From the NCBI GenBank assembly GCA_026625185.1, contig CP113000.1, positions 1,695,622-1,727,621 on the forward strand: a DNA stretch of 32,000 nucleotides, given 5' to 3'. Positions 16,526-24,410 of the stretch are shown piece after piece. Position 1 is the first letter of the stretch, and the number at the start of each line of letters is the position of its first letter. Made by a program: the position numbers and the translations under genes. Source of the DNA: Thermodesulfobacteriota bacterium. Lineage in GTDB: Bacteria > Desulfobacterota > WTBG01 > JAGOGO01. A model generated the notes under the pieces. It made no database searches and was not told where the DNA came from. It saw nothing but the letters and a program-made list of their open reading frames with translations.

Positions 16526-17475
16526 AAAAAATAAAAATCTCTTTTCTCATCAATCCTGTTTCCGGCGGAGGACAAGGGAAAAAAATCCACGCTCAGGTTT
16601 TGCGCGCGCTCAAAAAAAAATCTTTATCTCCTGACCAGTTTCAGATTATCTTCACCGAAAAAGGCGAAGCCGTTTCTCAGGCGCAGCGGTTAGCACGAGA
16701 AACCGAAATACTGGTTGCGGTGGGCGGAGACGGGACAGCGATTGAAACAATTACCGGGGCCTATCGGAGCGGACGCTTGCCGCGCATCGGTCTTATTCCC
16801 ATCGGAACCGGCAATGACTTGGCTCGGTCGGTGCGCCTTTATGAATTATTTAAAAAGGAAGGGGTCGAAGGGTGCGTGCGGCAATCTTTACAAGGGACGT
16901 ACGCTCCCCTTGACATCTGGCAGGTTAATAGAAAAGAGCTTATGACGAACTACTTAAGCATCGGATTAGACGCAGCGATTCTTCATTCCTTTCATTGGCA
17001 ACGAGCAAAAATCCCTTTTTATTCTGCGTCAGGCAACAGAGCAGCCCTCGCGTGTATCGGTCTTTCACGTCTCGCGCATAGACTTCAGGGGAAAGTTGAC
17101 GTAACCTGCTGGTGTGATGCTGTCAGGAAAACGCTCTCCTTGCAGGGGCATCGTCTGGTGATAATCTCTAACCTTCCTTTTTATGCCGGCGGAACCATGC
17201 TGGCGCCTACCGCGAGTTTTTGCGATGGAGTTTTGGAAGTCACACCTTTTGCGAATGTTATTTCCGCGCTCGGGCTTTTTGCTTTCCAGCCGAGTCTTCG
17301 TTTGAGAACCTGGTATGGAAATAAGCTTGAGCATCTTAAGGCAAATCGGGTCGAAATTGAGGCGCCGGAAGTAAATTTTCTTCAAATTGACGGCGAGGAT
17401 AAGACCCATTTATTGCAGGAAAAAAAACTTGAGATCGAGTATAGCGGTCAGATTTCTCTTCTCAAAGCAAACTAA
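16522..17475 (+). CDS. Diacylglycerol-kinase-family (YegS/BmrU-type) lipid kinase
   Basis: DAGK catalytic-domain motifs VAVGGDGT and IPIGTGNDLARS. Its ATG overlaps the upstream stop (ATGA at 16522-16525). Confidence 0.8.
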   Translation: MKKIKISFLINPVSGGGQGKKIHAQVLRALKKKSLSPDQFQIIFTEKGEAVSQAQRLARETEILVAVGGDGTAIETITGAYRSGRLPRIGLIPIGTGNDLARSVRLYELFKKEGVEGCVRQSLQGTYAPLDIWQVNRKELMTNYLSIGLDAAILHSFHWQRAKIPFYSASGNRAALACIGLSRLAHRLQGKVDVTCWCDAVRKTLSLQGHRLVIISNLPFYAGGTMLAPTASFCDGVLEVTPFANVISALGLFAFQPSLRLRTWYGNKLEHLKANRVEIEAPEVNFLQIDGEDKTHLLQEKKLEIEYSGQISLLKAN

Positions 17476-17482
17476 AGATTTT

Positions 17483-17510
17483 TTAGGCCGGAAGGCCTGA
17501 TTTTTCTTAT
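17483..17510 (+). terminator. Probable terminator after the lipid kinase gene
   Basis: AGGCC-GGAA-GGCCT hairpin, extendable by flanking T/A and T/G pairs, followed by TTTTTCTTATTTT. Confidence 0.5.
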
Positions 17511-17660
17511 TTTCGTGTAAGAATTTTTATGTTATAAAGAGCAAACCAGTCGATTGGCGCGTGCAAAAATCCATTCTCCATGGATTTAGACTCAACCAAA
17601 AGAAGGGGCGCTTTTTTCAGCGGCTGGATTATATTAAAATTTAAAGTAGTAAGGAGAAAA

Positions 17661-18083
17661 ATGCAGAAAATCCCCGTAACTTTAATTGTGGTGGCCATAC
17701 TGGTTTTTTTTTATTATTATCCGCCTTTACGAAACCTGGTTTTCCCTAGCCAGAAACAAACTCCTGAGCTTACTCAGAACCAGAAATCCAAAGAAAAAGA
17801 TGATGGTTTTGATAAATTAGGAGTTGAACTTTACTCCGCAGGCATTAAGTTAGATAGTTTAAGGGGAAAAGTCACGCTTTTGAAGATGGCCCAAGAAAAC
17901 CGTGACTGGTTTAAACCTGAGGAGTACGCTCAACTGCCGAGTTTGCTCGCAAAGGCCGAAGAAGAGTTTAAACAAGCCGAAGCAGAGTACGATAAGGCAA
18001 AAACTCAGTATGCTCAAGAAAATGTGCGTAAGCTGATCAAAGAATCAATGCAGAAAAAGGATGCTGAACAATCTAAAAAATAG
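17661..18083 (+). CDS. Hypothetical membrane-anchored K/E-rich coiled-coil protein
   Basis: ATG at 17661 with an AAGGAG SD. One N-terminal TM segment (IPVTLIVVAILVFFYYY) and a charged helical remainder. No family recognised. Confidence 0.55.
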   Translation: MQKIPVTLIVVAILVFFYYYPPLRNLVFPSQKQTPELTQNQKSKEKDDGFDKLGVELYSAGIKLDSLRGKVTLLKMAQENRDWFKPEEYAQLPSLLAKAEEEFKQAEAEYDKAKTQYAQENVRKLIKESMQKKDAEQSKK

Positions 18084-18273
18084 GGGGTAGGGTAGGACTT
18101 TCTCCTAACAGGCAAGAAAAAAAGGAGAATAAAAATTTAAAATGACTGGTGGGGAAAAGGTCGGTGGTTTATAAAAAACCGAGAGAAATTAAAAGCAGAC
18201 ATGTCAACTAAGGTGTTGTAATAGCTGATTTTAAACCTCTTCCCCTCCGGTGAAGGTGTGCTAAAGAAATTAA

Positions 18274-18345
18274 TGGAGATGATGGGATTCGAACCCACGG
18301 CCCCCGCGTTGCGAACGCGATGCTCTCCCGCTGAGCTACATCCCC
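18274..18345 (-). tRNA. tRNA-Ala (anticodon CGC)
   Basis: The reverse complement folds as a cloverleaf: GGGGATG acceptor with the G3:U70 Ala identity pair, anticodon loop TTCGCAA, T-arm GTGGG-TTCGAAT-CCCAT. CCA is not encoded. Confidence 0.93.
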
Positions 18346-18524
18346 AGATTTTCTTTTTCAAATAAACGCAGAAATTTTATTTATATTTATGGTTGCACCC
18401 TTTAAAATAATTTTCAAGTTTTTTTTATTGGTAAAGTAGATTTTTCGATATTTTGATTAAAACCAAGTTCGAAAAAAAATATTGCATTGAAAATGTGTTA
18501 GAATAAACTTATTAGGAGACATTG

Positions 18525-18755
18525 ATGGGAAAAAAAATAATACCGTTTGATAAGTCTAAACGATCAGTAAAAGAGCTTGTAAAAGATCTTCAGAATGATC
18601 TGGAGGAAATTGAAGAGCTTTTGGTAATCGGAAAGTATAAAGATGGAGATTGGCTCTTTGAGTATTCTGATTTGGAAAATGAGCTGGAATGGATTGGAAT
18701 CCTTAATGTTTTTATTCAGGAAAATTTACTGGCAGGGCCGGGAGAAGATGAATAA
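18525..18755 (+). CDS. Small acidic hypothetical protein (76 aa)
   Basis: AGGAGA SD upstream of the ATG. The ORF sits between two tRNA genes and ends 4 nt before tRNA-Pro. No recognisable family. Confidence 0.45.
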   Translation: MGKKIIPFDKSKRSVKELVKDLQNDLEEIEELLVIGKYKDGDWLFEYSDLENELEWIGILNVFIQENLLAGPGEDE

Positions 18756-18759
18756 AAAT

Positions 18760-18834
18760 CGGGGAGTAGCGCAGTTTGGTTAGCGCGCATGGTTCGGGAC
18801 CATGAGGCCGGGGGTTCAAATCCCCCTTCCCCGA
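18760..18834 (+). tRNA. tRNA-Pro (anticodon CGG)
   Basis: CGGGGAG acceptor (C1:G72), D-arm GCGC/GCGC, anticodon stem CATGG/CCATG with loop TTCGGGA (G37), T-arm GGGGG-TTCAAAT-CCCCC. CCA is not encoded. Confidence 0.93.
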
Positions 18835-18910
18835 CTAATTTTTTAAACCAAATCATGAGATAATTGTCATGAATAAAAAGAAAAATGATTTTTCCTCAAT
18901 TCCTTCATGC

Positions 18911-18960
18911 GTATCTCCGGCAGTTTTTCTTCTCTCCTCCCCTTCCTTTGCCGGAGATAC
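18911..18960. repeat. Perfect 12-bp inverted repeat with a pyrimidine-rich 26-nt loop
   Basis: GTATCTCCGGCA (18911-18922) and TGCCGGAGATAC (18949-18960), about 77 nt downstream of tRNA-Pro. Confidence 0.8.
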
Positions 18961-19043
18961 GGTGTTATCTTTCTTTTCTAATTTTTTCAACAATTTTGAT
19001 ATAAGGCAATGATTGTTCACCACAGGTTTCAGGGAGAAAAGTA

Positions 19044-20066
19044 ATGGGACAGGGTAAGTTAAAAATAATCAGCATCGGACTGCTATCAGGGGGCCTTGAT
19101 AGCATATTGGCGGTCAAGGTTATCCAGGAACAGGGAATTGAGGTTATTGGACTAGTGTTTGAGACCCCTTTTTTTAGTGCCCAGAATGCGATTAAGGCTT
19201 CTGAAGAACTGGGGATAAGGCATATTGTTAAAGATATTACCCCAGAACACTTAGCAATGCTTAAAAACCCCAAGTATGGGTTCGGTGCAAACATGAATCC
19301 GTGCATTGACTGCCATGCGTTGATGGTGAGGGAAGCTGGAAAGATTATGGAGGAGGAGGAATACCATTTTATTTTTACCGGGGAAGTTGTTAATGAAAGG
19401 CCCATGTCGCAGAATAAGAAAGCTTTAAAGCTGGTAGCCAACCTTTCCGGATACCAGGATTTTTTACTTCGGCCCCTTAGCGCTAGGCTTCTTCCGGAAA
19501 CCAAGGCTGAAAAGTATGGACTCATAGACCGCAGAAGGCTTCTCAACATTCAGGGTCGTTCCCGAAAACTTCAGCTACAGCTGGTAAAAAAATTTGGTAT
19601 TAAAGAATTTCCTACCCCTGGGGGAGGGTGTCTTTTGACTGATCCCATTTTTTCTAAAAAACTCAAAGAGCTTTTTGAGAACACTGAGGATTATTCTATC
19701 CGGGATATTGAGCTGTTAAAATCTGGTCGACATTTCAGAATCCAAGGGAAAAAAGTAATAATCGGAAGAAATAAGGAAGAAAACCAGAAGCTAAAGGAAA
19801 TGGCCACCGTAAAGGATGTTGTGCTTTCTGCTGAACATGTACCGGGGCCGATTGCGCTTATCTGTGACACTGTTTCTAAGAGAATTATAAAAAAAGCTGC
19901 GGGAATCTGTGCTCGTTTTAGTGATGCAAAAAACGAGAAAAAACTCCCGGTTATTTATCGGTTAGGAAAAAAGAATGAAGAAATAACCCCCGAGGCGATC
20001 ACTCAAGAAACAATGGATGAATTAAGGATAAATCCTGAGGCAAAGGGGCCGAAAAAAGATACCTAG
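19044..20066 (+). CDS. PP-loop ATP-pyrophosphatase family protein (ThiI/MnmA-like tRNA thiolation enzyme)
   Basis: PP-loop SGGLDS near the N-terminus, NPCIDCH cysteine motif, and TGEVVNERPMSQ...LLRPL resembling the ThiI C-terminal domain. The exact substrate is not assignable by eye. Confidence 0.65.
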   Translation: MGQGKLKIISIGLLSGGLDSILAVKVIQEQGIEVIGLVFETPFFSAQNAIKASEELGIRHIVKDITPEHLAMLKNPKYGFGANMNPCIDCHALMVREAGKIMEEEEYHFIFTGEVVNERPMSQNKKALKLVANLSGYQDFLLRPLSARLLPETKAEKYGLIDRRRLLNIQGRSRKLQLQLVKKFGIKEFPTPGGGCLLTDPIFSKKLKELFENTEDYSIRDIELLKSGRHFRIQGKKVIIGRNKEENQKLKEMATVKDVVLSAEHVPGPIALICDTVSKRIIKKAAGICARFSDAKNEKKLPVIYRLGKKNEEITPEAITQETMDELRINPEAKGPKKDT

Positions 20067-20126
20067 TCAGACTTCCACTGTTATCGTCAACGTGTCGAAA
20101 ATCTTCACCCAGGATCAACCTACTCG

Positions 20127-20894
20127 ATGCAAAAAATTCGCAAATCCACGACTATTTTAGTTACCAATGATGACGGTATTTACTCTGAAGGGATTAAAAT
20201 ATTAGCCGAATCTTTAAGTTCTCTCGGCACGATTTGGATTGTTGCCCCTCAACATGAGCAAAGTGCAGTGGGACACTCCCTCACCCTCCATCGTCCCCTC
20301 CGGGTAAATGAAATAGGAAAAAGAAGGCTGGCAGTTGACGGCACTCCAACCGATTGCGTCTGTTTAGCGGTTAATGGCCTTTTGGACAAAAAGCCTGATC
20401 TTTTAGTGTCCGGGATTAACCGGGGAGGAAATATGGGGGATGATATTACCTATTCGGGAACGGTTTCAGCTGCTTGGGAAGGGACCCTTTTGGGAATACC
20501 TTCTTTTGCCATATCAACCCTTCCTGATAGTCAGGGGGTCTATAATTTCAAACCAGCGGCAGAGTTTGCTGGCAGAATGGCCCAGGCGATTCTAAAATAC
20601 GGACTTCCTTTGAATACCCTTTTAAACGTGAATGTGCCGAATACCAATGGGGTTTCGATTAGCCAATACAAGTTTACCCGCCAAGGAAGAAGAATCTTTG
20701 GGGATTCGATTGTGGAAAAGGTCGATCCCCGCGGCAAAAAATACTATTGGATTGGAGGCACTGATCTGGGGTTTGAAAATATCCCGGACTCTGATCTCTT
20801 GGCGATTCATCAGAAGTGTATTTCGATCACGCCTATTCTTCTTGACCTTACCAACTACGCTTCCATAAAAGATCTTCTTACATGGAAGGTTTAA
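20127..20894 (+). CDS. surE: 5'/3'-nucleotidase SurE
   Basis: ILVTNDDGIYSEGI N-terminal metal-binding motif, GINRGGNMGDDITYSGTVSAA, and typical length (255 aa). Confidence 0.92.
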   Translation: MQKIRKSTTILVTNDDGIYSEGIKILAESLSSLGTIWIVAPQHEQSAVGHSLTLHRPLRVNEIGKRRLAVDGTPTDCVCLAVNGLLDKKPDLLVSGINRGGNMGDDITYSGTVSAAWEGTLLGIPSFAISTLPDSQGVYNFKPAAEFAGRMAQAILKYGLPLNTLLNVNVPNTNGVSISQYKFTRQGRRIFGDSIVEKVDPRGKKYYWIGGTDLGFENIPDSDLLAIHQKCISITPILLDLTNYASIKDLLTWKV

Positions 20895-21031
20895 CAGTTT
20901 GACCGGCCTGATGGCGGATGATTTGATCGCTTTTTGAAGGGTGAAATCCGGTCTTTATCTTCTTTATTTCTTGGTCGGCGGAGAAACTAATCAGGGAATC
21001 ACAATAGTCTCAATGAGATAAAAAGGCTGCA

Positions 21032-21484
21032 ATGAAAAGAATCGGAGTAATTGGCGACGCGGTTTGCTCAGAAAAAATAATGGGTCTCGCAGAGGAGGTT
21101 GGCAGGGAGATTGCCAAACGGAAAGGGGTTCTTATTTGTGGGGGGTTAACCGGGGTTATGGAAGGAGCGGCCCGGGGGGCGAAGAAAGAAGGGGGACTTA
21201 CGATCGGGATTATCCCGAGCGAAAGCGCTGATGACGCGAACCCATTTATTGATATCCCGATTGTAACCGGATTGCGGGATGCCCGCAATGTCATTGTCGT
21301 TCGTTCTTCGGAGGCGATCATTGCGATTCAAGGAAAATACGGAACACTTTCTGAGATTGCGTTCGCGCTTAAATTCAAGGTCCCGGTTATTGGTCTCCAT
21401 ACCTGGGATATAACTCAAGATATCATTATTGCTTCAAACGCCGTTGATGCGGTAGACAAAGCTTTTAATCTGATTCAATGTTAA
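21032..21484 (+). CDS. TIGR00725/LOG-like Rossmann-fold protein
   Basis: ICGGLTGVMEGAARGAKKEGGLTIGIIP and GGxGTLSE-like motif (GKYGTLSEIAFAL). The stop abuts the next start (TAAATG at 21482-21487). Confidence 0.75.
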   Translation: MKRIGVIGDAVCSEKIMGLAEEVGREIAKRKGVLICGGLTGVMEGAARGAKKEGGLTIGIIPSESADDANPFIDIPIVTGLRDARNVIVVRSSEAIIAIQGKYGTLSEIAFALKFKVPVIGLHTWDITQDIIIASNAVDAVDKAFNLIQC

Positions 21485-22216
21485 ATGTCTAAACTTATAT
21501 TCCGCACTATTTTTTTCTTCTTTTCTTTTTCTCTTTTGTTCGGGGTGGGGTGCGGACCTTATCAGGTTTCTTCTCCAGGACAAAAGGAACCAGGCTATCT
21601 GGAAACCGAACCTCCGTCCGGCGGAGTTGCCCGTGGCATTTATCATACGATTAAACCCAAGGAAACTCTTTGGAGGATCGCTAAAACCTACGGTATAAAT
21701 CTTCAAACCCTGGCGGAGATAAACAACATTGATGAACCGGCCCAAATCACGGTTGGTCAAAAGCTTTTTATTCCCGGTGCAACCAAAGTCGAAAAAATCA
21801 TTGTTGATCTCAAAGATACATCGCCCCCGCCGCCGCTTATTAAGAAAACGAATGATTTTATCTGGCCTGTTCAAGGAAGGGTGGTTTCGCGTTTTGGCGT
21901 GCAAGACGGGCTGCTTTATGAGGGCATCGATATTGCCGCCCCCTTAGGAACTCCGGTTAAAGCCGCGGGAGAAGGAGTGGTCGTTTATGAAGGGAGTTTG
22001 AAAGGATACGGCAACCTTTTGATTGTCAAGCATGAGAATGACTTTAAAACTGTCTATGCATATAATTATAAAAACTTAGTAACCGTTGGTCAAAAGGTAA
22101 GAAGGGGAGATGCCATTGCAAAGGTAGGGAATAACGGGCGTTCTCCTGACCCTCGCCTTCATTTCCAAATCCGGGATAAGGATCAAGCCCGAAATCCTCT
22201 TTTTTTTCTCCCTTGA
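21485..22216 (+). CDS. LysM-domain M23 metallopeptidase (NlpD-like lipoprotein)
   Basis: Signal ending in GVGC. LysM domain (YHTIKPKETLWRIAKTYGINLQTLAEINNI). M23 motifs (GIDIAAPLGTPVKAAGEGVVVY, VKHENDFKTVYAY, RLHFQIR). Confidence 0.88.
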   Translation: MSKLIFRTIFFFFSFSLLFGVGCGPYQVSSPGQKEPGYLETEPPSGGVARGIYHTIKPKETLWRIAKTYGINLQTLAEINNIDEPAQITVGQKLFIPGATKVEKIIVDLKDTSPPPPLIKKTNDFIWPVQGRVVSRFGVQDGLLYEGIDIAAPLGTPVKAAGEGVVVYEGSLKGYGNLLIVKHENDFKTVYAYNYKNLVTVGQKVRRGDAIAKVGNNGRSPDPRLHFQIRDKDQARNPLFFLP

Positions 22217-22319
22217 AACCGGATTAACCGGTTTTTACTCTTTCCGGCTTTTTTCTTTAGAATCTTCATAGCAAGATGTTTCCTATCCCCGTCCTTATGA
22301 TTCCGGGATGGTCCTTATG

Positions 22320-22341
22320 AAAAAATCTGCGCAACGCAGAT
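22320..22341 (-). terminator. Terminator downstream of the FKBP_N fragment (minus strand)
   Basis: The minus strand reads ATCTGCG-TTG-CGCAGAT followed by T6. Confidence 0.55.
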
Positions 22342-22420
22342 TGCTGGGCAAAATAAGTATTAGAACTCTTCTTATAAATTCCTCCTTGCTCAAAACTTTA
22401 TTTGGTTAGGTGTTTGAATT

Positions 22421-22715
22421 TCAGTGTGGGACTTTCTGCTGGTCTGCCATGAGTCTTTGCTGAAGGCTCGTAATGGCTGCCCGGATTTCGTCCGGTTTCA
22501 TTTGAGGCTCTTTTCCGCCAAGGGCATCCTGAATCCCGGAGTTATAGACCGGGAGGTTAGTATCCACACCCTGCCACTTCAGGTTTTGGCCGAACTTGTA
22601 CCCCAGGCTGTAGCTCTCCTTGTCCTTCTGGTCTTTCAATTCCGGTTTTTCCTGGGCAAAACAGACGCTGAATAAAAAAAACAATGCTCAATAAAGTTGT
22701 GAACGTATACTTCAT
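22421..22715 (-). pseudogene. FkpA/Mip-type FKBP N-terminal domain fragment, frameshifted and lacking the PPIase domain
   Basis: ATG at 22715 (GGAGA SD) encodes MKYTFTTLLSIVFF. It then falls out of frame at a T8 run (22674-22681). The +1 frame continues ...FLFSVCFAQEKPELKDQKDKESYSLGYKFGQNLK...GIQDALGGKEP (FKBP_N dimerisation-domain pattern) and stops after QQKVPH with no FKBP_C domain downstream. Confidence 0.6.
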
Positions 22716-22866
22716 TTTTATCTCCTAGTTTTCTTCCGAAGGTGTAACCTTTCACGTAGCTTTTCTTCCAACCGGAGTAATCGTGGACAGGGTCCGTGAT
22801 CAATACCTCTTTTTTTTCGCCTGAGCCCAGATTCACAGCGTACTTATTTCGGCGCCAGGTAGTAGT

Positions 22867-23430
22867 TTACATGGGGATTAGTTCCGGTCTGTTGTTTGGT
22901 ATGGCAGATGTTGCAGTTTCCGATTGCCATAGACGATTTCTGGAGATATGCGGGCTGCATGTTATCCGCCCACCAGTTTCAAAAACGCTTCCTTCTTGCG
23001 GCTCGGTGATGTTTACGGTAGGCGCGACAATGTCATCACCATAAAGATAAATAGTGGTAAAGGCGCCGGGGCTACTGGAGACCCTCACTTTAAGGGTATT
23101 ATTTTGTTGCAGGGAAACATTTCGTTCAAGAATATACACATTCTGATTAAAATCAGAGGGGCCGGCAATCAGGGTACCATTGAGCGTGATCCATTCAGCG
23201 GAAACCCTGCAGGAGCCGTCTGCATTGCCGTTTAGGATGCGGAGAAAATAATTATTGTTTGGAGCCTGGACGGTAAAGGTTACCTCTTCGGTTTCAGGGG
23301 TGTCTACCTGTCTGGTATGCACCCAGGGACCGCCAAAGACCATCTTCTGGCAGGTTGCTGAACAAACATTGTAGGATCCCCATAATAAGCACAGAAAAAT
23401 GGTTACTAACAGAGCAACTGATTTCTTCAT
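22867..23430 (-). CDS. Secreted hypothetical protein, probably C-terminally truncated
   Basis: Clear signal peptide (ALLVTIFLCLLWGSYNVCSA) and a beta-rich domain (RILNGNADGSCRVSAEWITLNGT...LKVRVSSSPGAFTTIYLYG). What looks like the start of an Ig-like domain (APTVNITEPQEGSVF) degenerates into low-quality sequence before the stop. Confidence 0.6.
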   Translation of the reverse strand: MKKSVALLVTIFLCLLWGSYNVCSATCQKMVFGGPWVHTRQVDTPETEEVTFTVQAPNNNYFLRILNGNADGSCRVSAEWITLNGTLIAGPSDFNQNVYILERNVSLQQNNTLKVRVSSSPGAFTTIYLYGDDIVAPTVNITEPQEGSVFETGGRITCSPHISRNRLWQSETATSAIPNNRPELIPM

Positions 23431-23464
23431 GGCTTTTCTCCCCGGTAATTTATTAAGGTTAAAG

Positions 23465-23504
23465 GGTTTAAGAGTTCAAGGATTCAAGAGTTCAAGGTTG
23501 AAAT
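23465..23504. repeat. Degenerate 8-nt periodic tract (5 units)
   Basis: GGTTTAAG AGTTCAAG GATTCAAG AGTTCAAG GTTGAAAT, starting 35 nt upstream of the minus-strand start at 23430. Confidence 0.8.
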
Positions 23505-24410
23505 TCCACCTGTCAGTCTTTAAAAAGAATCGGGAAAGGCTTTTTTGATTTTAACCTCCTCTTAAATTTGGGTCACCCTCACCCTTTCCCATAATTAAAA
23601 ATGGAAGAGGGGAAAAAAGGAAAGGATGAGAGGTTTTCGTATTTTTTTAAATTCGATTGAAATTTGAAGGGTGGGAAGCCAAAACAAAAAACACCTCTTT
23701 GTCATTAGCGCCCAAAAGGTGTTTAGTAATTTTTTTGTTGGCGATTGATGGTCATCTTCCTCTCCTCCAACCCGAAAATATTGATTACCGACTTTTCAGT
23801 AAGACCATTATTAGATGAAAATAATTTTTAAACATTAAATTTACCCTTGTCAAGAATTTATTTTTATGGGGGGATAAAAAATGTTGGTTAAATAAGAATT
23901 ATAGGGGGAGGCGGGGAGCATTTAGTAAAAAAATCAATGTATATTCAATAGGTTGATATTTTATTTTAAGAAGCTTTAAAGAACAAAGATAGGCAAAACC
24001 AAAAAACGTAAACCTTTTCTTCCTCCATGCGTCTAATAAAAAAAACGGATAAAAAAGTTGCCAAATGAGAGAAAAACATTGAAAAAACTTGGAAGAGGGT
24101 TCGCGAAAGGATATAATCCCACTCATTCTTTTCAGCATCTGGCTCGTGATTATCACTATGCGCGAAAAGAAGAGAACACCAGGAGGCATCAGCGCTGAGA
24201 TTTTTCAGCCGCACCCCAAATATCCAATCTTTTGAGCGGATTTGATATTGGTAAAGCAAGATCAAGAGTTGGTAAAGTCAATCAGGGTGATCATTTGAAA
24301 GGTTTTTATTTTAGAGGGGGACGATAACAAGGTGCTCCCTTTGGTCTTTATAAAAAAACCAAAACAGAAACGGGATGTGTTCGATATCCAAATATTTTAT
24401 GTGAGATACG

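Noticed and set aside
18137-18361. 74-aa minus-strand ORF.
   Set aside because: It overlaps and is created by the tRNA-Ala gene (the GCSSAGEHRVRNAGAVGSNP translation is typical of read-through of a tRNA sequence).
18965-19549. 194-aa minus-strand ORF.
   Set aside because: It is antisense to the PP-loop (SGGLDS) gene, which has clear family motifs. Its own translation is Ser/Leu-rich with no motifs.
22871-23000. CNICH (CxxCH) heme-binding motif in an alternative minus-strand frame, suggesting a c-type cytochrome.
   Set aside because: It is a single motif in a 44-codon open stretch with no start or SD and no second motif. It is kept only as a remark within the decay-patch finding, not called as a gene.
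23899-24265. Two overlapping minus-strand ORFs of 96 and 99 aa.
   Set aside because: They are mutually exclusive frames with AT-rich, run-driven Phe/Leu/Lys/Ser composition, no SD and no recognisable domain. They are treated as non-coding or decayed sequence.
24330-24410. Looked for an autoregulatory ECF-type promoter (GAAC-like -35, CGT-like -10) upstream of the sigma gene.
   Set aside because: There is only a GAAAC at about 24368 with no correctly spaced -10 element, which is not enough to call.
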